From the NCBI GenBank assembly GCA_947459155.1, contig CANHCM010000001.1:1-46881 (forward strand): 46,881 bases of DNA, written 5' to 3'. Each line of letters starts with the position of its first letter. The first letter of the stretch is position 1. The DNA comes from Bacteroidota bacterium (GTDB taxonomy: Bacteria; Bacteroidota; Bacteroidia; M30B66). The notes under the pieces were generated by a model, which saw nothing but the letters and a program-made list of their open reading frames with translations, had not been told where the DNA came from and searched no databases. The position numbers and the translations under genes are program-made. Shown here one piece after another: positions 33,617 to 42,331 of this stretch.

Positions 33617-34939
33617 ATGGACAACAACGTAGCGGTAGACACCTACATTCCGTACAAAGTGAAAGATATCTCTCTGGCAGAGTGGGGGCGCAAGGAAATT
33701 AAACTTGCTGAGGCAGAAATGCCCGGATTGATGGCTCTTCGTCAGGAATACGGACCAACCAAGCCGCTCAGTGGCGCCCGTATCGCTGGCTGTCTTCACA
33801 TGACCATCCAAACAGCCGTGCTCATCGAAACACTCGTTGAGTTGGGTGCTGAAGTAACCTGGTCATCTTGCAACATCTTCTCAACTCAAGACCATGCCGC
33901 TGCTGCAATTGCCGCTGCCGGTATTTCTGTTTATGCCTGGAAAGGTATGACCGCAGAAGAGTTTGACTGGTGCATCGAACAAACCCTGTTTTTTGGAAAA
34001 GATCGTCAACCCCTGAACATGATTCTCGATGACGGTGGCGACCTTACCAACATGGTTTTTGATAAATACCCTGAGCTGGCCGCCGGAATCAAAGGGCTTT
34101 CTGAAGAAACCACTACCGGTGTTCACCGCCTTTACGAGCGCATGAAGAAAGGTACGCTCCTCGTTCCTGCCATCAACATTAACGACTCCGTAACCAAGTC
34201 GAAATTCGACAACAAATACGGCTGCCGCGAGTCGCTCGTTGATGCCATCCGCCGCGCGACCGACGTAATGCTCGCCGGAAAAGTAGCCGTTGTAGCCGGT
34301 TATGGCGACGTAGGAAAAGGTTCTGCTCAATCGCTTTCTTCGCAAGGTGTTCGGGTTATTGTTACCGAAATCGACCCCATCTGCGCCCTTCAGGCTTGTA
34401 TGGATGGCTACCAAGTAATGAAAATGGACAATGCCGTGAAGCAGGCCGACATTATTGTAACGGCCACCGGCAACAAAGACATCGTTACCGATCGTCACTT
34501 CCGTGCCATGAAGCACAATGCAATCGTTTGCAACATCGGTCACTTCGATACCGAAATCGACATGGCCTGGTTGAATGCAAACTATGGCAATTCCAAAGAT
34601 GAAATCAAGCCTCAGGTAGATAAGTATACCGTAGATGGCAAAGACATCATTGTGTTGGCCGAAGGTCGCCTCGTAAACCTGGGCTGCGCCACCGGTCACC
34701 CATCGTTTGTGATGTCGAACTCCTTCACCAACCAAACGTTGGCACAACTCGAGCTTTGGACCAATACCTCAGCTTACGAGAAGAAAGTGTACACCTTACC
34801 AAAGCATTTGGATGAAAAAGTGGCCTTCCTTCACTTGGGTAAACTGGGTGCCGAACTCGATGTACTCGACGCAGAACAAGCCGAATACATTGGTGTAGAT
34901 GTAAAAGGACCATTCAAACCGGAGTACTACCGTTATTAA
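33617..34939 (+). CDS. ahcY: adenosylhomocysteinase
   Basis: 440 aa. [23 protein letters not shown] site [28 protein letters not shown]. Confidence 0.95.
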   Translation: MDNNVAVDTYIPYKVKDISLAEWGRKEIKLAEAEMPGLMALRQEYGPTKPLSGARIAGCLHMTIQTAVLIETLVELGAEVTWSSCNIFSTQDHAAAAIAAAGISVYAWKGMTAEEFDWCIEQTLFFGKDRQPLNMILDDGGDLTNMVFDKYPELAAGIKGLSEETTTGVHRLYERMKKGTLLVPAININDSVTKSKFDNKYGCRESLVDAIRRATDVMLAGKVAVVAGYGDVGKGSAQSLSSQGVRVIVTEIDPICALQACMDGYQVMKMDNAVKQADIIVTATGNKDIVTDRHFRAMKHNAIVCNIGHFDTEIDMAWLNANYGNSKDEIKPQVDKYTVDGKDIIVLAEGRLVNLGCATGHPSFVMSNSFTNQTLAQLELWTNTSAYEKKVYTLPKHLDEKVAFLHLGKLGAELDVLDAEQAEYIGVDVKGPFKPEYYRY

Positions 34940-34959
34940 TACTTCGCTTTACGAACCTC

Positions 34960-34992
34960 AAAACCCCGCCCAACAGCGGGGTTTTGTTTTTT
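34960..34992 (+). terminator. rho-independent terminator of ahcY
   Basis: AAAACCCCGC / GCGGGGTTTT 10-bp stem with 6-nt loop, followed by GTTTTTT. Confidence 0.85.
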
Positions 34993-35035
34993 ACAATATG
35001 CCCGAAGCATTTCCCTAAGCTCAGCGCAAACCACT

Positions 35036-35043
35036 TACTTTTG
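35036..35043 (+). promoter_or_regulatory. -7 promoter box TACTTTTG for cinA
   Basis: 14 nt upstream of the ATG at 35058. Confidence 0.45.
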
Positions 35044-35057
35044 CCCAAATTCACGTT

Positions 35058-36305
35058 ATGCGTTGCGAGATAATTACCATTGGTGATGAGATTCTGATTG
35101 GCCAGATTGTCGATACCAATTCGGCCTGGATGGCAGTGGAACTGAATAAAGTTGGCGTTGATGTGGTGCAGATTACCTCTATTTCAGACCAAAAGGGACA
35201 TATTCTCAAGGCGCTGAACGAAGCCTCAACCCGGGCTGAACTCGTTTTAATTACAGGCGGACTTGGGCCAACAAAAGACGATGTTACCAAAGTTTGTTTG
35301 TGTGAATTTTTGAACTGTAAGCTGGTTTTCAACGAAGAACAGTTTGCCGTCGTGGAGCGCATTTTCAAATCGTTTGGCCGAACTGTCAGCGACATTAACC
35401 GCAAGCAGGCCGAAGTGCCCGAAGCCTCGGTATGCCTGGTGAATTCGCAAGGAACAGCCCCCGGAATGTGGTTCGAAAAGAACAACACCGTGTATGTTTC
35501 CATGCCCGGCGTTCCTTACGAAATGAAACACCTGATGCAAAGTCAGGTCCTGCCACGAATCCACGAGCGATTTGCCATGCCGGTTATTCTGCACCGTACC
35601 TTTTGCACCCAGGGCGTTGGAGAAAGCTTGCTGGCCAGTTGGATTGAAGACTGGGAAAACAATCTGCCCGAGCACATCAAATTGGCGTATCTGCCTTCAA
35701 CAGGCATGGTAAGGCTTCGGCTCAGTGCGCGCGGAACCGATGAAAATCAGCTCAATTTGGAGTTGAAAAGCTTGGGAGACAGCCTGTACGCACAAATCGG
35801 GAAACACATTTACGCTGAGGGCGAGAAAACCTTGCCGGAAGTGATTCAAGAGATCATGATTGCTCGGAAGAGTTCTTTGGGCACTGCAGAAAGTTGTACC
35901 GGAGGAGCCATTGCCGCCATGCTCACAGCGATTCCAGGTGCCTCAGCCTACTTTCAAGGAAGCACAGTAACCTACAGTAATACTTTGAAAATGAAAGTTT
36001 TGGGCGTAAGTGAGAACAGCCTGAAAACCTTTGGGGCAGTAAGTGAAGCTGTAGTTCGGGAGATGGCCGAAGGTCTCCGAAAACTCTATGGTGTAGATTA
36101 CAGCATTTCTGTTTCGGGCATTGCCGGGCCAGATGGGGGCTCAGAAGAAAAGCCTGTTGGAACTGTTTGGATTGGTATCGGAACGCCTCAAGGCACCTTT
36201 GCCAAACAGTTTCGGTTTAGCACCGACCGCGGCCGAAACATCCAGATGGCGTCATTATCGGCCCTCAACTATTTGCGGAGAATTCTACTTGGCATCGAAG
36301 ATTAA
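35058..36305 (+). CDS. cinA: competence/damage-inducible protein CinA (MoCF-binding + nicotinamide-nucleotide amidase domains)
   Basis: 415 aa. EIITIGDEILIGQIVDTNSAWMA, ITGGLGPTKDD, C-terminal AESCTGG...GIAGP. Confidence 0.9.
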   Translation: MRCEIITIGDEILIGQIVDTNSAWMAVELNKVGVDVVQITSISDQKGHILKALNEASTRAELVLITGGLGPTKDDVTKVCLCEFLNCKLVFNEEQFAVVERIFKSFGRTVSDINRKQAEVPEASVCLVNSQGTAPGMWFEKNNTVYVSMPGVPYEMKHLMQSQVLPRIHERFAMPVILHRTFCTQGVGESLLASWIEDWENNLPEHIKLAYLPSTGMVRLRLSARGTDENQLNLELKSLGDSLYAQIGKHIYAEGEKTLPEVIQEIMIARKSSLGTAESCTGGAIAAMLTAIPGASAYFQGSTVTYSNTLKMKVLGVSENSLKTFGAVSEAVVREMAEGLRKLYGVDYSISVSGIAGPDGGSEEKPVGTVWIGIGTPQGTFAKQFRFSTDRGRNIQMASLSALNYLRRILLGIED

Positions 36306-36796
36306 TCGCGAAATAATGCTGCTCCGCGATATCGAACGATACCAGTGGCTCGTGTAAGCCGGTACTCTGTTTCGATGAGTGTATCGAGTGGATTCAGAAT
36401 GAAGTTACCCTGAATAACCAGCGAATCCTCGAAAGGCTGTTCGGGAATCGATAATGTATAAGGCTGCGCGGTAGCAAAAATGGTATCTGAAAGGGTTCCG
36501 TCGCTATTTTTCCAAAAGAGCTGTACCCGCGAACGGTCGTTTTCAAACACCCGAATGTCCATCAACCGAAGATCGTTGTATATAAATGTATTTTGCCCCG
36601 GACCCGCCTGAATAGAATCGTACCAGTCCCATTTACCGCGAAAAGGATCGGCATCGTAGCGACAATTCCCATCGTCGCTATCGGCTTTTGCATCGTAATT
36701 TCCTGCTTTAGGGTCGGTGCAGCCTTCGGTGTCGCAGGAAGAAAGCGAAAAACTAAGAGAGAGTGCAAAGATTAAGGAAGGAATTAGAAAGCGCAT
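36302..36796 (-). CDS. hypothetical lipoprotein with N-terminal C-x-TEGCTD...NYD...DDG-C-Y motif
   Basis: ATG at 36796 gives MRFLIPSLIFALSLSFSLSSC (lipobox). A -7 box at 36819-36826 argues against the GTG at 36817. Paralogous N-terminus to the gene at 36884-37363. Confidence 0.65.
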   Translation of the reverse strand: MRFLIPSLIFALSLSFSLSSCDTEGCTDPKAGNYDAKADSDDGNCRYDADPFRGKWDWYDSIQAGPGQNTFIYNDLRLMDIRVFENDRSRVQLFWKNSDGTLSDTIFATAQPYTLSIPEQPFEDSLVIQGNFILNPLDTLIETEYRLTRATGIVRYRGAALFRD

Positions 36797-36818
36797 AGGT
36801 CTATTGGAGAAAGTCACA

Positions 36819-36826
36819 CAAAAATA
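36819..36826 (-). promoter_or_regulatory. -7 promoter box (TATTTTTG on the minus strand)
   Basis: CAAAAATA on the plus strand, 22 nt upstream of the ATG at 36796. Confidence 0.4.
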
Positions 36827-36831
36827 AAAGG

Positions 36832-36869
36832 CAACAAAAAAGGGGAACGCGAGCTCCCCTTTTTTGTTG
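36832..36869 (-). terminator. rho-independent terminator after the 36884-37363 lipoprotein gene
   Basis: Perfect 15-bp stem CAACAAAAAAGGGGA / TCCCCTTTTTTGTTG with an 8-nt loop. A T-run follows on the minus strand. Confidence 0.8.
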
Positions 36870-36883
36870 GATGATTTTTTAGA

Positions 36884-37363
36884 TTAGCTTCTTGTACCAT
36901 TTACGGTGCAAGTAAATTCAGAACCATCAACTTCAAACGTGTAAGTAAGGGTAAGTGAAGTACCGCTGATTGAACCATTGCCGCTCAACAATGACTGACC
37001 ATTACCCAAAGAACCTGGAACTACAGTAAAATTTGAACCGGTGACCGTTGCGTTTATAACAATTGCATCACCAAAACCAGCGAAATTTTTGATTGTGATC
37101 TGGTTAGTTGCACCTACACCAGCAGAAATTTCCATATTGAATGACTCACCTGGGATACAGCCATCGGTAGCGTTGTTATATTTTCCGATGAAAGCATCAC
37201 GCTCGTAGGTGCAAGATCCGTCATCTTCGTCAGCTTTTTCATCGTAGTTGGTCGCTGTATCATCTGTACAACCTTCTGTGCTACAGCTTGTAAATGTTGA
37301 AACAAACATGAACATCGACAGCGAGAGGATAGCTGTACCGGTAATTTTGAGTGCCTTTTTCAT
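36884..37363 (-). CDS. hypothetical lipoprotein with N-terminal C-x-TEGCTD...NYD...DDG-C-Y motif
   Basis: ATG at 37363 gives MKKALKITGTAILSLSMFMFVSTFTSC (lipobox). Motif CSTEGCTDDTATNYDEKADEDDGSCTYERDAFIGKY. Beta-rich C-terminal domain. Confidence 0.7.
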   Translation of the reverse strand: MKKALKITGTAILSLSMFMFVSTFTSCSTEGCTDDTATNYDEKADEDDGSCTYERDAFIGKYNNATDGCIPGESFNMEISAGVGATNQITIKNFAGFGDAIVINATVTGSNFTVVPGSLGNGQSLLSGNGSISGTSLTLTYTFEVDGSEFTCTVNGTRS

Positions 37364-37379
37364 TTGTGTTTTTTTTTTG

Positions 37380-37387
37380 CAAACATA
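37380..37387 (-). promoter_or_regulatory. -7 promoter box (TATGTTTG on the minus strand)
   Basis: CAAACATA on the plus strand, 16 nt upstream of the ATG at 37363. Confidence 0.45.
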
Positions 37388-37428
37388 AAAAAAGTTAAAA
37401 CATGTCAATACCTTAAATGAGTAATGTA

Positions 37429-37436
37429 TAAATTTG
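37429..37436 (+). promoter_or_regulatory. -7 promoter box TAAATTTG
   Basis: 26 nt upstream of the ATG at 37463. Divergent from the minus-strand box at 37380-37387. Confidence 0.45.
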
Positions 37437-37462
37437 CTCCGTTTTAAAACAACACACTAAAA

Positions 37463-37891
37463 ATGAAAAAAGGTCTTTTTTTAACTGTTATTGCAGGTTC
37501 CCTGCTTGTATTTGCCTCATGCGGAGGCAATGCTGATGCTGACAAAGCTAAAGCTGCTGCTGATTCTGCTCGTGTTGCTGACTCTTTGGCTGCAATTGCT
37601 GCTAAAGAAGCTGCTGCTGCTGACTCTGCTGCAAAAGCTGCTGCTGAGCAAGCTCGTTTAGATTCTATTGCTAACGCTGAGGCACAAGCTGCTGCAAGCA
37701 AAGGCGGTTCAAAAGGAAGCAGACCATCAGGTGGTGGCTCAACCACAAAGCCTGCTGAAGAGCCTAAGAAAACTGAGCCTACACCAGCTGGAAGCCGTGG
37801 TGGTGCTACAGGTGGAGGTTCAGGTGACACTAAAACCGGAACTGGCACTCCTGCCGGCAAGCGTGGAGGAATGAATCCAAAACAAAACTAA
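37463..37891 (+). CDS. Ala-rich helical lipoprotein with Gly/Pro/Thr-rich tail
   Basis: 142 aa with lipobox LLVFASCGGNA. DKAKAAADSARVADSLAAIAAKEAAAADSAAKAAAEQARLDS. Ala is encoded almost only by GCT/GCA. Has its own promoter box and terminator. Confidence 0.7.
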   Translation: MKKGLFLTVIAGSLLVFASCGGNADADKAKAAADSARVADSLAAIAAKEAAAADSAAKAAAEQARLDSIANAEAQAAASKGGSKGSRPSGGGSTTKPAEEPKKTEPTPAGSRGGATGGGSGDTKTGTGTPAGKRGGMNPKQN

Positions 37892-37922
37892 TTAGCTGAT
37901 ATACAGCTAATTAAACGAAAAG

Positions 37923-37978
37923 CCTAAAAGCTTTTAACAAAATTTAACGATTTTGTTGGGAGCTTTTAGGTTTTTTTT
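37923..37978 (+). terminator. rho-independent terminator (compound hairpin + T8)
   Basis: Outer stem CCTAAAAGC / GCTTTTAGG, inner stem AACAAAAT / ATTTTGTT, then TTTTTTTT. Preceded by a separate perfect 10-bp hairpin TAATTAGCTG / CAGCTAATTA (37889-37913) that starts at the stop codon. Confidence 0.75.
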
Positions 37979-37985
37979 ATTTTTG
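37978..37985 (+). promoter_or_regulatory. -7 promoter box TATTTTTG
   Basis: 34 nt upstream of the ATG at 38020. Overlaps the T-run of the preceding terminator. Confidence 0.35.
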
Positions 37986-38019
37986 TCCCGCTGAAACAAT
38001 TCAAAAACAAACACACACA

Positions 38020-38253
38020 ATGAAAAACGTATTTTTCGCAGTTGTTACCGCTGGTGTGGTAGCACTCGCTTCTTGCGGTGGAAACGCTGAAGACAAAGCT
38101 AAAGCTGCTGCTGATTCTGCACGCATCGCTGATTCAATCGCTGCTGTACAAGCTCAGGCTGCTGCTGATTCTGCTGCTGCCGCTGCTGCTGCTGCCGACA
38201 CTACTAAGAAAGATTCAGCTGCTGCTGCCGCTCCTGCTGCTCCTGCAAAGTAA
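38020..38253 (+). CDS. small Ala-rich helical lipoprotein, Lpp-sized, C-terminal Lys
   Basis: 77 aa with lipobox VVALASCGGNA. Shares DKAKAAADSAR(I/V)ADS(I/L)AA with the upstream paralog. Ends ..APAAPAK. Strong GCT bias. Confidence 0.7.
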   Translation: MKNVFFAVVTAGVVALASCGGNAEDKAKAAADSARIADSIAAVQAQAAADSAAAAAAAADTTKKDSAAAAAPAAPAK

Positions 38254-38267
38254 TCTTTTAACACTGC

Positions 38268-38305
38268 AAAAAGCCCGGTGCTCTCAGAGTTCCGGGCTTT
38301 TTTAT
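38268..38305 (+). terminator. rho-independent terminator
   Basis: AAAAAGCCCGG / CCGGGCTTTTT stem with a 13-nt loop and a T-run. Confidence 0.8.
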
Positions 38306-38450
38306 TTGGTCTCTTAGGAGCCGCAAGAATCACAGCCGCCCTTGCTCTTCGTTGGTTTGCGGTACAAGCGCTGCCACAGCCATACTGCCGCAGCCACAAA
38401 TACACCGAAAACCAAGATTTCCTGCATGCTGCAAAATTAGGTTTTTCGGC

Positions 38451-38458
38451 TAATTTTG
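38451..38458 (+). promoter_or_regulatory. -7 promoter box TAATTTTG
   Basis: 19 nt upstream of the ATG at 38478. Confidence 0.45.
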
Positions 38459-38477
38459 CCCGCAAATCCCCCGCTGA

Positions 38478-40463
38478 ATGCAGCTCACTTTCGACCGTAA
38501 AGGCAAATCCGACGATCAACTCATCCAAATCTACCGGGAACTTCTGCTTCCCCGCATGATTGAAGAGAAAATGCTCAACCTCCTGAGGCAGGGCAAAATC
38601 TCGAAATGGTTCTCAGGCATCGGACAAGAAGCCATCTCCGTTGGAACAGTCATGGCCATGGATCAGGAAGAATACATCCTTCCCATGCACCGGAATTTAG
38701 GCATCTTCACCGGTCGGGGAATGCCTTTTCATCAGCTCTTCACCCAATGGCAAGGCAAGAAAAACGGCTATTCGAAAGGCCGCGAACGTTCCTTCCACTT
38801 TGGCTCCCAAGCCCACAAGATGGTGGGCATGATTTCTCACCTCGGCCCACAAATGGGCATCGCCGATGGCATCGCCTTGGCCCATAAACTCAAAAAAGAA
38901 AACCTCGTTACCGCAGTGTTCACCGGCGACGGCGGCAGTTCAGAGGGCGACTTTCACGAATCAATCAATGTGGCTGCGGTTTGGGACTTGCCCGTTATCT
39001 TCATCATCGAAAACAACGGCTACGGCCTTTCCACACCCTCATCAGAGCAGTTTCGTTTCAAGTCATTCACCGAAAAAGGGCCGGGCTATGGCATTCCAAC
39101 CCGACAAGTAGACGGAAACAATGTACTGGATGTGTACGACGCGGTGAGTGAAATCCGCCAGAGTATCCTGAACGACCCGAAACCCTGGCTGCTGGAATGT
39201 ATGACCTTCCGCATGCGCGGCCATGAAGAAGCCTCCGGAACCAAGTATGTTCCTCAAGAACTCTTTGATCTCTGGGGTAAAAAAGACCCGGTTCAAAACT
39301 ATGAGGCCTGGCTGCTTCAGCAAGGAGTGCTCAGCGACAGTAAAATACAATCGATTCGGGCCGAGTTTAAAGCCTACATCGAGGAGGGCGTGCAGAAAAC
39401 CTTCGCCGAACCCGAAATTGTACCCGACACGGCCGAAGAAATCGCCGATGTTTATGCGCCACATTCAAATACCGAAATCGCTCCGGCTTCTGCGAAAACA
39501 AGCACTAAGCGATTGGTAGATGCCATCTCCGACGGACTCGCACAAGCCATGGAAAAACACCCCGAATTGGTGCTGATGGGACAGGATATTGCCGAGTATG
39601 GCGGCGTATTCAAAATTACCGAAGGCTTCGTAGAGCGTTTTGGCAAAGAGCGCGTGAGGAATACTCCGCTGTGCGAGGCGGCCATTGTTGGTGCCGGACT
39701 TGGACTTTCCATCAAAGGCATGAAGGCCATGGTAGAAATGCAGTTTGCCGATTTTGTTACGGAAGGCTTCAACCAGATTGTCAACAACCTCGCTAAAATC
39801 CACTACCGCTGGGGCCAAAATGCCGATGTGGTGGTTCGTATGCCAACAGGCGCTGGCGTTGCTGCCGGTCCCTTCCACAGCCAAAGCAACGAAGCCTGGT
39901 TTACCCATACGCCCGGCCTTAAAGTGGTGTATCCGGCATTTCCGAATGATGCCAAAGGATTGCTCCTTGCCGCTTTCGAAGACCCAAATCCGGTGCTCTT
40001 TTTTGAGCACAAAGCTTTGTACCGCAGCATCAGTGGCGAGGTGTACGATGACTATTTCACCCTTCCAATTGGCAAGGCCGCATTGCTCAAAGAAGGTAGC
40101 GACCTGAGTATCGTAACGTATGGCTTTGGCGTGCACTGGGCCCTGGAAACCCTGGCCAGGCATCCCGAAATTCAGGCCGACCTCATCGACCTGCGTACCT
40201 TACTGCCGCTCGATGAGGAGACCATCTTCAATAGCGTTCGCAAAACCGGCAAAGCGATTATTCTCCATGAAGACTGCCTGAGCGGCGGATGGGGCGCCGA
40301 AATTGCCGCACGCATCAGCGAACATTGTTTTGAAGCCCTCGACGCTCCGGTTGTGCGTTCGGCAAGCCTCGATACACCGGTTCCATTTTCGGCCGAGCTG
40401 GAGTGGAACTTTTTACCCAAACAGCGCTTTGAGAAGCAGCTCCTCGAGTTGCATCAATACTAA
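38478..40463 (+). CDS. 2-oxoacid (branched-chain type) dehydrogenase E1 component, fused alpha/beta subunits
   Basis: 661 aa. N-terminal half has the ThDP motif GDGGSSEGDFHESINVAAVWDLPVIFIIENNGYG. C-terminal half is transketolase-like beta (MGQDI..YGGVFK.T.G....G..RV.NTPL.E). Confidence 0.85.
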   Translation: MQLTFDRKGKSDDQLIQIYRELLLPRMIEEKMLNLLRQGKISKWFSGIGQEAISVGTVMAMDQEEYILPMHRNLGIFTGRGMPFHQLFTQWQGKKNGYSKGRERSFHFGSQAHKMVGMISHLGPQMGIADGIALAHKLKKENLVTAVFTGDGGSSEGDFHESINVAAVWDLPVIFIIENNGYGLSTPSSEQFRFKSFTEKGPGYGIPTRQVDGNNVLDVYDAVSEIRQSILNDPKPWLLECMTFRMRGHEEASGTKYVPQELFDLWGKKDPVQNYEAWLLQQGVLSDSKIQSIRAEFKAYIEEGVQKTFAEPEIVPDTAEEIADVYAPHSNTEIAPASAKTSTKRLVDAISDGLAQAMEKHPELVLMGQDIAEYGGVFKITEGFVERFGKERVRNTPLCEAAIVGAGLGLSIKGMKAMVEMQFADFVTEGFNQIVNNLAKIHYRWGQNADVVVRMPTGAGVAAGPFHSQSNEAWFTHTPGLKVVYPAFPNDAKGLLLAAFEDPNPVLFFEHKALYRSISGEVYDDYFTLPIGKAALLKEGSDLSIVTYGFGVHWALETLARHPEIQADLIDLRTLLPLDEETIFNSVRKTGKAIILHEDCLSGGWGAEIAARISEHCFEALDAPVVRSASLDTPVPFSAELEWNFLPKQRFEKQLLELHQY

Positions 40464-40483
40464 GCCCCAGCTGGAAACCACAC

Positions 40484-41464
40484 ATGCTACCTGATCGCGG
40501 CACTCCCCATGTTTTCATCACCGGAGTAGCCGGATTTATCGGCTCTGCCCTCGCGCAACATCTGCTTGGGGCCGGATTTAAAGTGAGCGGGCTTGATAAC
40601 TTCAGCTATGGAAGTCGCGAGCAAGTGCAAAATCTGCTCAAATATCCTGAATTTCAGTTTTTTGAAGCCGACCTTGAAGCATTTACCTTTCCGCGCGGCT
40701 GCAAGCCCGACGCCATTGTGCATCTGGCTTCCCTGAAAATCCCGAGGTATGGAAATGCCCTGAACACCTTGCAACACAACACAGCCGGAGTTGAAAGGGT
40801 GTGCCAGTGGAGCCTCGAACATCAGGCACATTTGCTCTTCACCTCAACTTCTGATGTGTATGGTTTGAGTACGGTCATCCCCTTTCATGAAGAATCGCCA
40901 ACAGCCATTGGTAATCCAGCCGTTCCCCGTTGGTCGTATGCCCTGTCGAAACTGTATGGTGAACACCTCATTCATGCATTGGCTGAGGCCAAAGGACTTC
41001 GCTTCACCATAGCCCGCCTATTCGGCACCTACGGCCCCGGTCAACGCTACGATTGGTGGGGCGGCCCACAAGGGGTATTTCTTCGCCTGGCTGCCGCAGG
41101 AGAAACCCTTGAGGTGCATGGCGACGGACAACAAACACGTTGTTTCATCTACATCAGCGATACCGTGAAGGCCTTGCAGCTTCTGCTCGAACACCCGGCG
41201 GCCAAAGGGCAAATTGTGAATGTAGGCGCGTTTCCGGATGAAGAAATAAGCATGCTCAATCTCGCCAAAATGCTGTGGACGAGCATTCGTCCCAACGAGG
41301 AAGCCCGAATTAAGCTGGTGCCTTACAGTCAGTTTGGTCGCTACGAAGACGTGCAGCGCCGCGTTCCCGATCTGCAAAAAATCAGTGCAATGGGCTTTTT
41401 ACCTGAGGTTCGGCTCAACGAGGGCTTAATGCGGTTGCGCGATTATTACCTCTCTACGCGATGA
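40484..41464 (+). CDS. NAD-dependent epimerase/dehydratase (UDP-sugar decarboxylase/dehydratase-like SDR)
   Basis: 326 aa. Rossmann motif ITGVAGFIGSAL, catalytic YALSK. Confidence 0.8.
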   Translation: MLPDRGTPHVFITGVAGFIGSALAQHLLGAGFKVSGLDNFSYGSREQVQNLLKYPEFQFFEADLEAFTFPRGCKPDAIVHLASLKIPRYGNALNTLQHNTAGVERVCQWSLEHQAHLLFTSTSDVYGLSTVIPFHEESPTAIGNPAVPRWSYALSKLYGEHLIHALAEAKGLRFTIARLFGTYGPGQRYDWWGGPQGVFLRLAAAGETLEVHGDGQQTRCFIYISDTVKALQLLLEHPAAKGQIVNVGAFPDEEISMLNLAKMLWTSIRPNEEARIKLVPYSQFGRYEDVQRRVPDLQKISAMGFLPEVRLNEGLMRLRDYYLSTR

Positions 41465-42189
41465 AGGAAGACGTTCAGCACTATTTCCTCATTCCGGTCT
41501 TTAATGAGGAAGCGAACATAGCCCTCCTGGCCGAAGACCTGAGTCGCTACGCGGATGACCTTTCGCCCTTCTTGGTTTTCATCGACGATGCCTCAAGCGA
41601 TGGCACATGCACCGAAATATCGAGGCTTTTCCCCTCTGAGCGCTGTCAAATATTGAGAAAAGAGCAAAGGGCCGGCGCCGGCGATTCGTTCAACAGAGGC
41701 TTTTTGTTCTTACAAAGCCGGCTGCGTTCCCAGGATGTCGTGGTGATGATGGAAGGAGACGGAACTTCCGACCTGAGCATTTTGAAAGCACTCCTCAAAA
41801 CGCTTAAGTCTGGTGCTGATGTGGCGCTGGCTTCGGTTTATGCCGAGGGTGGCGGATTTGATCAGACAACCTGGCTCAGAAAAAGCATCTCGGCATGTGC
41901 CAATGTATTGATGCGCTGGCGGTTTGGAATTCAAGCCCGGACGGTTTCGAGCTTTTACCGCGCCTTGAAGGGAAAATTGGTTCTACACCTGATGGAACGC
42001 TATAACCCGCTTATTGCCGAAAAAGGCTACACTTCGATGATTGAGCTGTTGATTAAGGCCGGCCGCTGTGAAGCCATCATTCTGGAGGTTCCCATGCAAC
42101 TGCATTCCAAACGCCGCAAGGGCAAATCGAAAATGAGGATTATTCCCGTCGCGTTCGACTACCTTAAGCTCCTGCTGAAGCGTTACTAA
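41461..42189 (+). CDS. glycosyltransferase family 2 (polyprenol-phosphate glycosyltransferase-like)
   Basis: 242 aa with an ATGA overlap with the epimerase gene. LIPVFNEE, FIDDASSDGT, MEGDG. Confidence 0.75.
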   Translation: MKEDVQHYFLIPVFNEEANIALLAEDLSRYADDLSPFLVFIDDASSDGTCTEISRLFPSERCQILRKEQRAGAGDSFNRGFLFLQSRLRSQDVVVMMEGDGTSDLSILKALLKTLKSGADVALASVYAEGGGFDQTTWLRKSISACANVLMRWRFGIQARTVSSFYRALKGKLVLHLMERYNPLIAEKGYTSMIELLIKAGRCEAIILEVPMQLHSKRRKGKSKMRIIPVAFDYLKLLLKRY

Positions 42190-42275
42190 GCGTACCTTTT
42201 TGCCTATGATTAGGGTCCCGAAGTAAATAGTCCTCGAATTTCTCGAAACAAGGGCGTTTAGTTCACGTAAAATAC

Positions 42276-42283
42276 TACTTTTG
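42276..42283 (+). promoter_or_regulatory. -7 promoter box TACTTTTG for corA
   Basis: Overlaps the TTG of the longest ORF (42281), which favours the ATG at 42332 as the true start. Confidence 0.45.
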
Positions 42284-42331
42284 CGGGGCCTTCGGGCAAC
42301 CGGTATTAACCTATTTCTGCAGCCATGGACG

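Noticed and set aside
33881-34747. 288-aa ORF antisense to ahcY
   Set aside because: It lies entirely inside the confidently identified adenosylhomocysteinase gene on the opposite strand and has no recognisable motifs. It is a typical shadow ORF of a codon-biased gene.
37444-38528. ORFs of 138 aa (37444-37860) and 124 aa (38154-38528) antisense to the Ala-rich lipoprotein genes, plus same-strand frame-shifted ORFs (37668-37874, 38078-38317)
   Set aside because: They are artefacts of the GCT/GCA-rich low-complexity sequence: AGC/CAG reading frames stay open on the other strand. The plus-strand genes have lipoboxes, promoter boxes and terminators, and the alternatives do not.
39465-40163. 232-aa ORF antisense to the E1 alpha/beta gene, and similar ORFs at 14657-15199, 20839-21462, 32497-33003 and 35051-35675
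   Set aside because: All are nested opposite or out of frame within genes with clear family motifs. None has an independent start context or recognisable domains.
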